Shown in pieces: positions 39,881 to 52,709 of a stretch of DNA of 64,000 nucleotides. Position 1 is the first letter of the stretch; every line of letters starts with the position of its first letter. Position numbers and translations under genes: made by a program. Source of the stretch: Gnetum montanum (Eukaryota > Plantae > Gnetophyta). Below the pieces are notes generated by a model. That model did not search any database. It was given only the letters and a program-made list of their open reading frames with translations, and was not told where the DNA came from. The stretch spans positions 1,558 through 65,557 of the forward strand of contig MNCI01002548.1 of NCBI GenBank assembly GCA_015680685.1, given 5' to 3'.

Positions 39881-41269
39881 GAATAAGGACCTAGCCTATG
39901 TGGCCTACAAAAACTAGCATGCAAGAAAACATAATGCAATAGTGGCAATGATATCCACACATGCTAAAGCAACCAACTAGGGGTTGATGGCTAGGTAGCC
40001 TAAAGCCCTAGCTCACAAAGTTGTCAACTCTGGTACCTAGGTAACCAACCTACCCATATCTATAGGGGCCACAATGCGAGCTCTTTCAAGGTCCAACTTT
40101 GAAAGTAAGAATCACTCAAAGTATACCCCATTGCCACTAAAACCCTTAGAGTTGTTGGATCAATTGTTAAAAGCCAAGCACATCCAACACAAGTGTCTGA
40201 GGATGCCCACCAAAGGCACGATAAGTACTACTAGCTACCAAAGAATCCTACCTCAGTAGTACCAAATGAGCCCCTAGTCCTAAAAGAATTCACGCAAGAC
40301 CAATTCTATCATTACTGCTATTTGTTTGATCATAGCATAGACTTTTTTCATGCTTTGTACGATGATCTACAAAAGATGATCAATGAGGATGAACTAGTGC
40401 TTGAAATGCACCTAGATGAGAATGGTGCTTTCTATGTCATAAACACCATTACCATGGTTGGGAAGCTAGAACCAGTCCAACAACCATTTGTATTTATGTG
40501 TCCTTTGGAAGTGCAAGGGTTCCCTTGGTCTCCATGAGTTCAAGGCCTCCCTTCATTATTAGAGCATCACTTTGGGCATCCACAACACAATTTGTGGTCA
40601 AGGTTCCACAACATGTTGTAACAATGATTGTTCAACCATCATTTGTTATTAGGATGCCACAACATGCTGGCCCCTTACCTACCCAAAGCTTGGTAATGGG
40701 CAATGCATCAGCCCCTTCTTGTCCAAGGTCTGACCCTACTAGCAACATGGGTAGACCCACTAGATGGTAATGCAAGAGGCATAATGAATGCCTCATAGAT
40801 GAAATGGCTAGGCAATAATGAGACTAAAGAGCACTTGGTTCATTAAAGCTAGTTCGTGATTTTATAGTCCCTATGGCTGAAGCAACTGAAAAAGCCATAA
40901 CTAGCAAACCACAACCAAGCATTGTGGCCCCCAAATAGACCAAGCAAACCAAGCCCAAGTTCCTTTCATGAGAGATCTATCTATTAGGCCATATGGAGGA
41001 GGTTAAGGCTAACAAAATGATTAATGGTAAAGACTTCATAGATGCATTAGCCTAAGTTAAAAAAGTACTAAAGTAGAAAAATAAAATTATAAGCCTGTAT
41101 GAGCTGATTATGACCTCATCTATCCACTGTGAAGTAGTGGTGCAGGTGCTAACCTTCATTCCTATCATAGAGAACATTAGAAAAAAATGAGAATGCCATC
41201 CATGTTATGATGTTACCTCCTACATCATAGGATTCGAGCTCCACACCCCTCACATTTCATGATGAAGCA

Positions 41270-41660
41270 ATCAAGATCAACCTTAAGTGATGGGAGGTCA
41301 CAAAAGCCTCCATGTTCATCACCATATGTGTTAAGCAATGCAAGATTTGCAAAGTGCATGTCGATGATGATGCAACAAAAAATGTAATACTATACACCAT
41401 TATCGATAAGCTAGGCCTCATAGAAAAAATCAAGCCAAAGAAAATCACATGTCTAAAATCCTTCAATAGATCATGCATCATTGTCAGGGGTACCATCAAC
41501 ATAGCCTTTGTGGCAGGAGAGAAATTCCCCACCGCTGCAAAATTCATTGTTATAGAGGAGATGCTAGGCTTCAACCTGATATTAGGTAGGCCTTGGCTAT
41601 CCTAGTTATGAGCCACCTCCTCCCTAATTCATCAGGAAATCCACCTTCCATATGAATCTG
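41270..41660 (+). pseudogene. Aspartic protease (Ogre/Tat type), decayed
   Basis: MFITICV...KVHVDDDATKNVI (VLVDNGSALNV-like)...KSFN...GTINI...FNLILGRPWL...SSLIHQ. Confidence 0.85.
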
Positions 41661-42199
41661 GTGAGGTTATCATCCATGGTGATAACATTGCCCCTCTATC
41701 TATTAACAACATTGACACAGAACAAGGGTTAGAGGTGGAATTCCCTAATGATGCACCTATGACAAACAATGTGATGAATAAGGCTAACATACCTAAATGA
41801 GTGGTGTGAGCCAACAATGTGTGAGAGGATTCCCTATGGGAAAAAGTACCCTTTGACATAACAAGGTCAAGTGGAATATCGTATAGTACAATCTAGGCCC
41901 TACGCACCTCCTAATCCACGCTAGGTTTGGAAGCAACTATGTGACTAAGGCATCCCCTTAGTCTAACATGCACTAGCTACCTACTTATCATTCACCCCTA
42001 CGAACCCTGCATCTTAGCTCCTACTTATGAATCTACTATGCATTTGCCTTGATTGCTTAGTTTACGCATCTACCTTATCCATGCATTCACTAACTTTACA
42101 TTTCCATAGTTATTGCTTTAATGCATGAAAAATAGCAAAACCCATAAAAATAATAAAGGAAAAAATCACAAAAAAATAAGAGATCACAACACGTGGCCC

Positions 42200-42805
42200 A
42201 CCATTGTCTTAAAATAGCATCTACGTCTCAAAATGACCTTAAACTATCATCATGCTTGAAATGGCCTTAAACTAGCAATCCCATTACTACGGCCCGAAAT
42301 TGCCTTAAACTAGTAGTATACCTAGCCTAAAATGGCCTTAAAATAGCAACTACCATGGATGAAAATGGCCTTAAACTAGCAACACTTGACTTTCCATGAC
42401 CTTAAACTAGCAATGTATGGCTCACCATGGCCTTAAACTGGCAACCATGGCATACCATGGCCTTAAACTGGCAATGCTACAACCTTCCATGGCCTTAAAC
42501 TAGTGACACATGGTCCACCATGGCCCTAAATTGGAAATGCATGGCTTGAAATGGCTTAAAACAAGGAACAGGTGGCTTTCCATGGCCTTAAACTAGCAAC
42601 CAAGTCCCACCATGGCCCTAAAACTAGCAACACGAGGCCCAAAATGACCTTGAACTATTACTGTTAATCCCAATGTTGTAGCCCACCATGGATTTAAACT
42701 AATAACCATGGCCCACCATGGCCATAAAACTAGCAACATGGGGCCTAGAATTGCCTTAAACTACTGCTAGCATGCTACATAGCCTACCTAGGCCTAAAAC
42801 CAGCC
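42200..42805 (+). repeat. Tandem array, about 19 units of about 31 bp, core ATGGCCTTAAACTAGCA
   Basis: Core recurs at about 42260, 42332, 42365, 42396, 42427, 42457, 42489 and onward to 42751. Confidence 0.92.
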
Positions 42806-43027
42806 TAAGCATGTTTACCTTCCCTACTAGCCAACATGCATACTTAGGCACATTTCATCGCATTACTTTTTCTTCATTTGTGCATATTAATTTCATTAAA
42901 ACAAGTGCCACTTGATGCTTTTCTAGTTGATTTTGTAGGATTTTACAAGAACACAACATGGTTATGCATGAGCATGCCCAGCATGCAACACCACATGTCA
43001 ATCCAACAAGGTAAATAACATTCATCT

Positions 43028-43272
43028 ACTATGATGCTAAAACTAGCATAGCAATCCACTATAACTATAAACTAGCATAGCACTTGTCCTTTATGATGCT
43101 AAAACTAGCACAACCATTTTCCATGACACTAAACTAGCATAACTTATCCTTGGGTCATGATGTTAAACTATCACAACACATGTTTTCTATGACACTAAGC
43201 TAGCATAGCACACATCCACTATGACATTAAATTGACATACAACTGTTTGCTATGACTATAAACTAGCACACC
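43028..43272 (+). repeat. Second tandem array, about 8 units of about 30 bp, core ATGA(T/C)(G/A)CTAAA(A)CTAGCA
   Basis: Read directly; shares TAAACTAGCA with the first array. Confidence 0.85.
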
Positions 43273-43344
43273 ACAATCTGCTAGGATCTTAGATTGGGCT
43301 CGTAGTTTGCTATGCTAGTAGGGCTATAACATTGCCATTAGTAC

Positions 43345-43525
43345 AACCTTTGGAGCATTTGTAGCATCATCGACCCCAAGTATTTTGTTGGTTTTTTGAG
43401 ATCTCACCATCAGTGTGGCCTTTGGAGCACTTGTAGCATCATTGCCCCTGGCACTTTTACTGGCTTCTTGAACACTTGCAACTAGTTTAGCCTTTGGAGC
43501 ATTTGTAGCATATTTACACCTAGCA
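43345..43525 (+). repeat. Three tandem units of about 72 bp (cctttggagcatttgtagcat)
   Basis: Motif at about 43347, 43419 and 43491. Confidence 0.85.
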
Positions 43526-44519
43526 TTTTATTTACATTATGTGATGTGTGTTTTTCTTCACTTCTCTGAGTTTTGTTTGCAGGATGACGTCCAACACGGT
43601 CATGCAAAGGTGCATTTCATTGTAGCAACAGGTCACCACATTGCTTGAATGTGCATGATTAGACTAGTTAAGCCACTCAAGAGTGCACATTACTAGTACC
43701 TTTTTCACCTACTTACATCTACCCCTATGCCTCGATACTCCTGCATTCCCTTACAAAATCGAGATTGCAAATCCCTCTGGCACACATGACACTCTTTTCA
43801 AATGAAACCATTGAATCTAAGGTAGATATAACACAAGTCATCTTGTGGGGAGCCTCTGTTGGCTAATTAAATCCTAGGTGGATGTAACACAAGTCATCTT
43901 GGGGAGAAAGCACCTATCCTACAAATGTGATGTGGTTGCATTAAAGCAAAGTATTTTAGGTGGTACACAGTCCACCTAATGGAAAGCATCCCACAATTAG
44001 CATTTAGCAATGTGAAAAACCCAATGTAGGTTTGTCTCATAACTAAGAAAAAAAATAAAAAAAAAGACTAAAGGGGGAAAGGCATGTCCCCAAGAAAGCA
44101 AATAGCACTACAATTTTGCAACTGGCCCAAACTTGAATCCACACCAACTCTCTCATGAGCACTCCGATGAGAGATCAACATTTTAAGGGTAAGCCATCTT
44201 GATGCCATGGTCACCATCAGCCTTGCTGACTCCACACCTTGCATCATGACATCCTATTTGCATTTCATCTCCCCTTTCATCCTTAGCACATTACCTACAT
44301 CCTTTACCCCTAGCATGCCACTATCCATATCACTCTTGAGCATGGTGCAATGACATCTGATAAGGTACTAACGAGTAATGTTGGTGCCATGCTTTCTATG
44401 GGAGCTTTGTTATTCTTTGTCAATATCTCTCAAGCTACTCCTATAGGCATCAATAAAAAGGGAACAATGAAACACCACCAAATTTGGGAAAATTTTCCTA
44501 AGTATCATCACGAAGCAAG

Positions 44520-45220
44520 AAGCTGCAAAATTTTCTAGTGTTGAGAGTATGCTCTCCACTACCCTAGAGCATAGTTGAGTGTAGTCAAGATAAAGGGCTA
44601 GTTTTACAAATTTTTATAAGTTCCAAGCCAACAGTTATAGAATTTTCTAATTGCTAAGACTATGCTCTCCAATGTGCTAGAGCATAGTTAAGAGTAGTTA
44701 GCATGAAAACTTAGTTTTTCCAAATTTATCTAAGTGCTTGGATTATGCTCTCCACTGCCCTAGAGCATAGTCAAACATAGTCAGCTTCAAGGCCCAATTT
44801 TTGCAGATTTTTCTTAATTGTTGAGACTACGCTCTCTGCTACCTTGGAGCATAGTCAAACATAGTCAACTAGAAGCTAGTTTTTGCAAGATATTTCAAGT
44901 GTTGGGACTATGCTCACCCCCAGTCAAGAGCATAGTCAACATCCCGTGGAGAGTGTAGTCAGCACATAGCCAGCTTTTGCAAAATTTTGCTAAGTGTGGA
45001 ACTATGGTCTCTTCTAGTCCAAAGCATAGTCAAATGTAGTAAACATGAATAGCCTTCAAAGGCCTCCAAAACAGAACACCAGCATTCAACTCAACCCCGA
45101 CTCATCTATCGTAAGCATAGTCAGCAAAATGCATTCTTTTTGTTCCCAAAATTGTAATTACACGAAACCCCACTCAAGATGGTGGAGAGCATAGACCTAG
45201 AGCATAGTCTACAAAGTTGC
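44520..45220 (+). repeat. Array of gactatgctctccact...agagcatagtc hairpin-like units; an inverted copy lies at about 37530-37870
   Basis: The reverse complement of 37530-37740 aligns colinearly with 44520-44740. Confidence 0.8.
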
Positions 45221-48200
45221 ATTCTTTTAGGTACATTGCAATCCTCTTAGTGCATATACATGTAGTTGGCAGTGTAGTCATAGTCTTGTAGTCTCGTAGA
45301 GTTTGTCAAAGCATAGCAGAGCATAACACCATTAGCTTCAGTGTAGAGTGTAGTTGGATGACAACATAGTCCCAACCATCCCATTACCATGTGGTAGTCT
45401 CTTCACATTTCACACAACCCTAATTCTATAAATACCTTATGCTCCCAACATTTTAGGGGTTGGCATTTTTGCAAAGTAAGGCATTAGCAAACTTTGAGTT
45501 AGTAGTTGGTGAAGTTGTAGACAATGTAGCCCCATCATAGTCTAATAGAACAATAACCCATAGTAGATATTATGATTGTTATTGATTTAATTATTGATCA
45601 TAATAAAATTATAATATATTATTTAATTTATAAATATATATTGTGGATGGGAGCCTTCACCTATGGATGGGAGCCTTTTCACATGTTTCTCATTCATGGA
45701 TTTCTATTTTATGTTCTTTTTTCATAATTCCTCATGACGCAATTAGAAGGTTAGGCTTATATTTGTAAAAGTTTCCATAAATAAAATTTTTGGATGTAAG
45801 GAATAATGATGCTAAAACATGTCAAAAATAATGCATAAGGGCCAATCCACATTATAAAATGAGGTATCCCCCTTATACCTCATATGAAGAGGCTTTTATT
45901 TTCTCATTTTTTATTGTTCATTTGTTAAGATCAAGGGTTCAAAGAAGCTTCAAGTAGAAGTTTCATCATGTTTCACTTTTTTACTTTATAATCTCATAAA
46001 TTCTCACATCTCTCTCATAAGTTCTTGAATTTTGTAACATCAATCTCTCATTTTTCATTGATTCTAGTAACTCTAGGTGATATTAATAAATTTTTAAAAT
46101 AGTTAAAAAATTTTCACATACTTTTTCAATGATATTGGAGCTTCTAGAGTTGAAACCCTAGGTAAATAATGAAAAAAATTATAATTAACATTTCTAAGCT
46201 AGAAATCCTCAAAAGTTTTTTTATTTTTAAGGAATCCTCTTATTCTCAAATTATTTTGGTAAATATTTGATGTTTTCTAGCAAGCTTAACATGGTAGTTA
46301 GCATCTCTATTCTACAATACTATAAAAACTTATATACACCATCACAATGTACAATATGTTCTATGATGTTTTGTCTTATATGAGTTAAAGTCTAGAGTTA
46401 GTTATGGATAATTATATTTCTTATGCTTTCTAACCAATGTTAAATTTTCATTGTATCTAGTCACTCTTTAGATGTGACTATGAAATTCAAATTTAAGGGG
46501 TACAGATGACAGAGTAATAATTAAGAGATGAAATTGCATGACTTCATGTTCAATTATCAAACTCGATCATCTAGTAACCAAGCATTATAAGAGATAAAAC
46601 CTTTGAGAAATTATAGGCTAGGTAGTAATAGATGATGATAGAAAATGAGAAGGCCATCTAGGATGCATTTTTCATGGAAGTAATGCTAAATGGAATGAAT
46701 AAGGACTTCACCATGATGCAAAAGAATATTTTGAAGTTGGCCAAAGAAAAAACAAAGATTTCCAAGGATGGGAAAGCAAAATAAAAATATGGAAGAATAT
46801 CTTAAACACTACCAAGACTAGTTTTCAAAAGTTAATGTAAAGGTACAAAAGATGATAGTTGAAATTGTAATCTCTTAATGGAGAAAGTTAGCTCTAATAG
46901 AAAAAAAATATCCATTGAAATCAACACTTGGAAAAATGAAGTCCTAAAATATAAAAAGATTAAATTAATTACATGAAATAGGTGGGAATGTAAAAAGAAA
47001 TTAATGATAAAGAAATTCAATTGGCAAAGATTAAGATCAACTAAGCCCTCTAGTAGCTCCAAGATGATACATGTCAATCCATCTTTGATGATTTTGACAC
47101 TTGCAATCAAGATGATATTAGAATGAAATTAAGGGTGATAGAATACATGTTAGTTATTAACCTATGTTATGCTAATCTTGTAATTCTTCTACAAGTTGAT
47201 ACCACACAAAGTTTGAAAAACAAATACCTAGTTAGTGCTTCTTGCATGTGTTAAATATTTGTGATGTTAATCACTAAGTCTAGGATATAATAGAAATAAT
47301 TTAATGGCCACTATGATTAAGATAGACATGCACCATAATATAAAATAAGTTCATAGTGTTTTACATGTTAAACATAAGAACATAAACTTAAAAATAATAA
47401 AGAAAATGAAGGTAACCAAACATCTTTGTTATGATATAAATACTATGTTGTACTTCTTATAATACATTCTTCATGTTTTGTATTGTATATATTTCTATTG
47501 GACCAGGGTCATTACTTATATAGTTATAATGGAATAGTTACATCCAAATAATAAACAAACACAAAAATTAGTTATTATTAATTAATAGACATGATTAAAC
47601 ATAACTAATGTAATACATACTATAAAACATTGAACATGATGTTGTACACCATGATGATTTATACTAATGTTCATGGTATAACTACATATAGATATAAACT
47701 ATCATGTTAAGTTTACTAAAACATATTGAATCTTCAACATGATCCCTCAAGCTTAACATGAAGTTAATAATAATGTTGCTTTACTATATATAACCAAATC
47801 CATGAATTTAAATAGATGAAGTGTAAAATATCACCACATCATGAATAGTCTCCACAAAAATACAAAAAAAAAACACAAATTCATAAATACAACAATGATG
47901 TAGAGTACTGATTTTAAATGAAACTCTAAGGTAAAAATGCATTTCAAAAATTAGTATTACAAGGCCTATGAATTATCAATAGAATCTCTAACTAGTAAAG
48001 AAAATAATATTTAATAAAATAAAACAATGATAAGTGTTTCTTTCCAAAATAAATGTTGCAAATCATTTTGGTTATTTTTAAATAATTCCTTAAATGCAAT
48101 GAAAATGACTAGAGATCTTAGGAGTAAATATCTCCTTCAAAATATATTGCAACATAATTAATTTGTAAACTATAGAAAAGAAACATATGGTGTTATGGTA

Positions 48201-48229
48201 AATCAAAATTTAATTAACTTCACCATCAA

Positions 48230-49410
48230 ATGAGAGAGGTTATAATTGAATTAAGATACAAAATAAATGGCAAAGGCTTTTGGTTAATGAAAGAGTCTAT
48301 ATCTACACTCATAAGATTATAAAAAATAATCATTGATGATTCTTATGTTTTTGTAACTGTATCCTTTGCCTTAGATTCTTCTACAATTGTAAGAGTACTC
48401 GGAGCTTATGGTGGAACAACTTAGATGGCTCTTTTACCTTATATTCAATAGAGTTCTTTTGAACTTCTCATTGAACCTTACTAAAAATCAATAGTTTCAT
48501 AATCAGTAGAATCAAAATCAAGTTCATAATCCTTGCTCGAAGTATATCTCAATAACTCTACAAAATAGACTACAAAAGTATTCATAACACTTAATTTCTA
48601 TAAATAATTCATTGTGACTTTAGATCTCTTTCTATGTATTTTAAATATCTCTATTAAATCATCCTTGTATAGAGTAAGATCCTTCACACAATTCTAGAAA
48701 CTTCAAATTTACTCTTGGAGTTCAGAGGTATTATTATGCATTATCAATTCATAAGTCTCTAACTCCATGTTCCACACTATCAACTTCTCCAAAATTGTTG
48801 TCATCTTTGCTTCTATATTTGAGCCTATATTATCTCTTATTTGTTTTAGTGAAGCTAATTCTTATGACATTTTCTTTACTAGCTTTGGTACACCTTCAAC
48901 ATCTCCCTTGTACTTTGTAAATTCTTTAAAATAATTCTCTTTTGCTTCATAGGCATATTATATATTTATTTAATGCATAATTCTATATCAAAGAAGCTTG
49001 AAAAACTACTTTATTATTCATTAGCATTTCATAGTATGGATCATATCTAATGTAGTGTCTCATCTTGATGTAATTAATATACATTAAATTATATAACAGA
49101 TCATTACTCATCACAATCACATTTGTCTTCAAGTTTTGGTTGAGAGCCTTATTTACTAAGCCTCTAATCACTACTAGAAAATAATTTACTTTTAGATTTC
49201 TAAAATATTTACAATAATCTTCATTAAATATTATTTCTTCCACAAGAATTTTCTCTACTCATACCTTTAAAAAATTAATGGTTGATTCAAAATGTACAAT
49301 CTTATTTTTGAATCTATGGTGTTGTAACATCACATGCATCATGGATGGCATCATGTAGTTAATGAAAACCTTTTTCAATCACTTGTATTGGATATTAGTA
49401 GGCTACTTTA
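48230..49410 (-). pseudogene. Unidentified decayed ORF (about 390 codons with stops and at least one frameshift) inside the LTR element
   Basis: Long protein-like minus-strand frames, including ORF 48983-49243 and YEAKENYFKEFTKYKGDVEGVPKLVKKMS*ELASLKQIRDNIG. No gag or pol motif recognised. Confidence 0.45.
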
Positions 49411-49708
49411 TTTTAGGAATCTTCATGATGGTCTACTCTAGTTTAGAGAAGGCTTCTAAGAACAACATGGAACTAGCTCCTTATTCTTACTTTTCACTAC
49501 CATAATGAAATCCCTAGGATTAGAGTTATTAAAAACCTTAACAAAGGTGGGAAGAAGATAATGATATGAAAAGTGAGAAGTATGCACCATGTAGTATGAT
49601 AATGCTTGTACCTTGATCTCAATCTTTAAAATTGACAACTAGTCTACATGTTTTCCTTCTTTCACTGCAATGTATAGCAAACTTGATAGAGGCTAAGAGA
49701 TTGCATTT

Positions 49709-50303
49709 NNNNNNNNNNNNNNNNNNNNNNNNNNNNNNNNNNNNNNNNNNNNNNNNNNNNNNNNNNNNNNNNNNNNNNNNNNNNNNNNNNNNNNNNNNNN
49801 NNNNNNNNNNNNNNNNNNNNNNNNNNNNNNNNNNNNNNNNNNNNNNNNNNNNNNNNNNNNNNNNNNNNNNNNNNNNNNNNNNNNNNNNNNNNNNNNNNNN
49901 NNNNNNNNNNNNNNNNNNNNNNNNNNNNNNNNNNNNNNNNNNNNNNNNNNNNNNNNNNNNNNNNNNNNNNNNNNNNNNNNNNNNNNNNNNNNNNNNNNNN
50001 NNNNNNNNNNNNNNNNNNNNNNNNNNNNNNNNNNNNNNNNNNNNNNNNNNNNNNNNNNNNNNNNNNNNNNNNNNNNNNNNNNNNNNNNNNNNNNNNNNNN
50101 NNNNNNNNNNNNNNNNNNNNNNNNNNNNNNNNNNNNNNNNNNNNNNNNNNNNNNNNNNNNNNNNNNNNNNNNNNNNNNNNNNNNNNNNNNNNNNNNNNNN
50201 NNNNNNNNNNNNNNNNNNNNNNNNNNNNNNNNNNNNNNNNNNNNNNNNNNNNNNNNNNNNNNNNNNNNNNNNNNNNNNNNNNNNNNNNNNNNNNNNNNNN
50301 NNN
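49709..50303. other. Assembly gap
   Basis: Run of N. Confidence 0.99.
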
Positions 50304-52709
50304 AAGGAAACTAATACAACTATAAAAATAAAAAAATTGTGAAACGTTATATTCTTTTTATTTTCTAATAAAATCCATAAGATTTTCATTGTAAATTTAG
50401 AAAACAATACTTACTAACTAAAACAAAGGAGCAGTTAAAACTAAAATGTAAGCTTTTGAGTAGCAAAAAATGTTTTTTTGGTGTGATTTCTCTCTATAAT
50501 TTTTTCAATAAGTTTGAAATGTATAAAATAAAATTCTATGGTTAATTATTATGCTTACCGTTACATTAACTATGCCTAATAACTATAACATTGTGAACAT
50601 TTCATGGTGGTAATTGAAAATACATTAAAACCTTGCTTTGATACCATGTTAAAGTTTTGTGATATTAATTACCAAGTCTAGGATATAATAGAAATAATTT
50701 AATGACTACTATGATTGAGATAAACATGCTTTATGATATGAGATAAGTACATGATATTATACATGTTGAACATGAGAATATAAACTAACAAGTAAGAGAA
50801 GAAAAATAAGGTAACCAAGTATCTCTGTTATAACATAAATTCTATGTTATACTTCATATTGTATATTGTTGTTGTGTTGTATTGTACATATTATTATTAT
50901 ATCAAGATCATCACTTATATAGTTATAATAAAAAAGTCATATAAAAAGAATGAACAAACTAAACAATTACTTATTATTAGTTAATAGACTTGATCAAACA
51001 TAACTTGATACATACTACAAAATACTATAGATGATGCTGTATACCATGACTGTATATACTAATGTTCATGATATAACTACAATCTAACATAAATTGGCAT
51101 GTTGAGCTTGCTAGAATAATTCAAATCTTCAACAATTTGAAAGCAAACTTAAGCTCCATCATGAAACACATCAAAAGATACAAACTAAAACAATAGAGCT
51201 TGAAGTCGTAAAGGCTGAATTTACATATCAAAGATAGATGGTAGCAGGATTGGCAAGTAAAATTTTTACTATTAGAAACTAAAGAACTCACTGAATTTTT
51301 CTAATATTGAACAAAAGAACTTTGTTACCTAGTTTTTCAAAACTCATGAAAGGTTCCCAACTCTATCTTGACCTTGGAAAATGCCAATAACAATAGATGT
51401 AGAAGAACTTGCCTAGATAATTCATGATCCTAGGATGAAGGAGAAGAAGATAAGGATCTTAATCAATGTATTTAAAATAAAAGGTGTAGCAAAAACAATT
51501 GCAGGGAACCGTAAGAACCACCACGACATGAGGACCCAACACAAGAAATACTGCTACTAGACATGACTTAAGATACATTTCTTGGATCTATTTGTGAATT
51601 TCTACACAAAATTTTTATAAGACAAATCTTTCCAAATTTTTATTATTTTGTTAATATCTTAAATACTTAAATAACATCTATAATATGATATTTTAGTTAA
51701 TGAGTTAATTAAGTTAGCTTCTACATTTTGTAAACAAACGCTATCTCTATTTTGCTAATTCAATGATGAATTTTTACTTAGTCATGGGAATATGATGAAT
51801 ATTAAATTATTTAATTGCCTCGATGCATTAGTGTTAACATAGTTCCAATGTTACATCCACTGCATTGACACATTAGCATTGAGGAAATGGCAATAAGTAC
51901 TTATAAAAATACATCATTAACCGCATTTATATCACTATTTGGTTAGTAGTTTTAATGAAACTCTTCTACTTTTTCCCATACACTTAGAACATTTAGTGAG
52001 TGCTTATAGCATGGCTTCAAGTAATTGTCTAGAGTCTTTACTTAAATGTCATGTATCTAGACATATTGCATGAATAGTAATAAAGATCAAGATAATTCCA
52101 TTTCATTGTACTGCTTTGAATTATCTTATATTTACTTTTAATATAATTTATTTCTAATGAAACTAGCCTAATGCTTACTTTTCTTTGCACTTAGTTATTT
52201 ATAATTTATCACATTAATCACAAGAAATGAGTACAACTAACTTTGAGAATAAACTCATTAAGGTTTAATAATTCTAGTAGTGTGACACTTGGTACATCCA
52301 TTAGTGGATGCTTAGTACCCTAACAATGCTAGCATGAGTTCTGGATAATTGGGACCAAATACTCATTATAGATGCTAGACTAGATTTACTTTTGGGATTT
52401 AGATAAATTTAGATCAAACTATCATATTTTTATATTTTTATGATATTTAAACATGGTCCACACAATATCAATATTATATGTCTTAATTATACTTAACTAT
52501 GTATAGTAAGAGATATACAAGTACAATTAGGATGATAGTAATTCAAGATTGAATGCTTAACTATCTAAATATCATGCTAGTCAAGTCTACAAATTATGAT
52601 TACGTTACTTATATGTAGTCATATATTGTATAGTTGAAAGTTGGGACTACTTTACCACTTATCAATAGTGGACCAAATCTTCAATTTTAAATACAAAAGA
52701 TAGGCCAAC

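Larger units (their letters stand above)
37450..45560 (+). mobile_element. Ogre/Tat-like Ty3/gypsy non-autonomous element (gag and protease, 3' tandem arrays); boundaries uncertain
   Basis: gag at about 39400-39880, protease at about 41270-41660, repeat arrays at 42200-43525, PPT-like aaagggggaaaggca|TG at 44070-44086, and TATAAATA near 45428. Confidence 0.7.
47249..51134 (-). mobile_element. Small copia-type non-autonomous LTR element (spans an assembly gap)
   Basis: LTRs of about 490 bp at 47249-47739 and 50647-51134 (TGTT...AACA), Met PBS at 50635-50646 (reverse complement TGGTATCAAAGC), and PPT-like aagcttgagggatca next to the 3' LTR. No matching TSD. Confidence 0.88.

Noticed and set aside
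42200-42805. CRISPR-like repeat/spacer appearance
   Set aside because: The context is a plant retrotransposon with no cas genes. Linkers are short and related to each other (catggcccacc-like), as expected for a decayed tandem repeat.
46480-47110. Possible hAT BED-finger/transposase N-terminus
   Set aside because: The Cys/His pattern is not recoverable; too degraded to support.
49630-49690. Ankyrin-like LLYIAVKEGKHVD*LSIL on the minus strand
   Set aside because: Single short match next to a gap, with no second repeat visible.
49619-50407. Long ORFs of 236-262 aa in the ORF track
   Set aside because: Artefacts of translating through the N gap.
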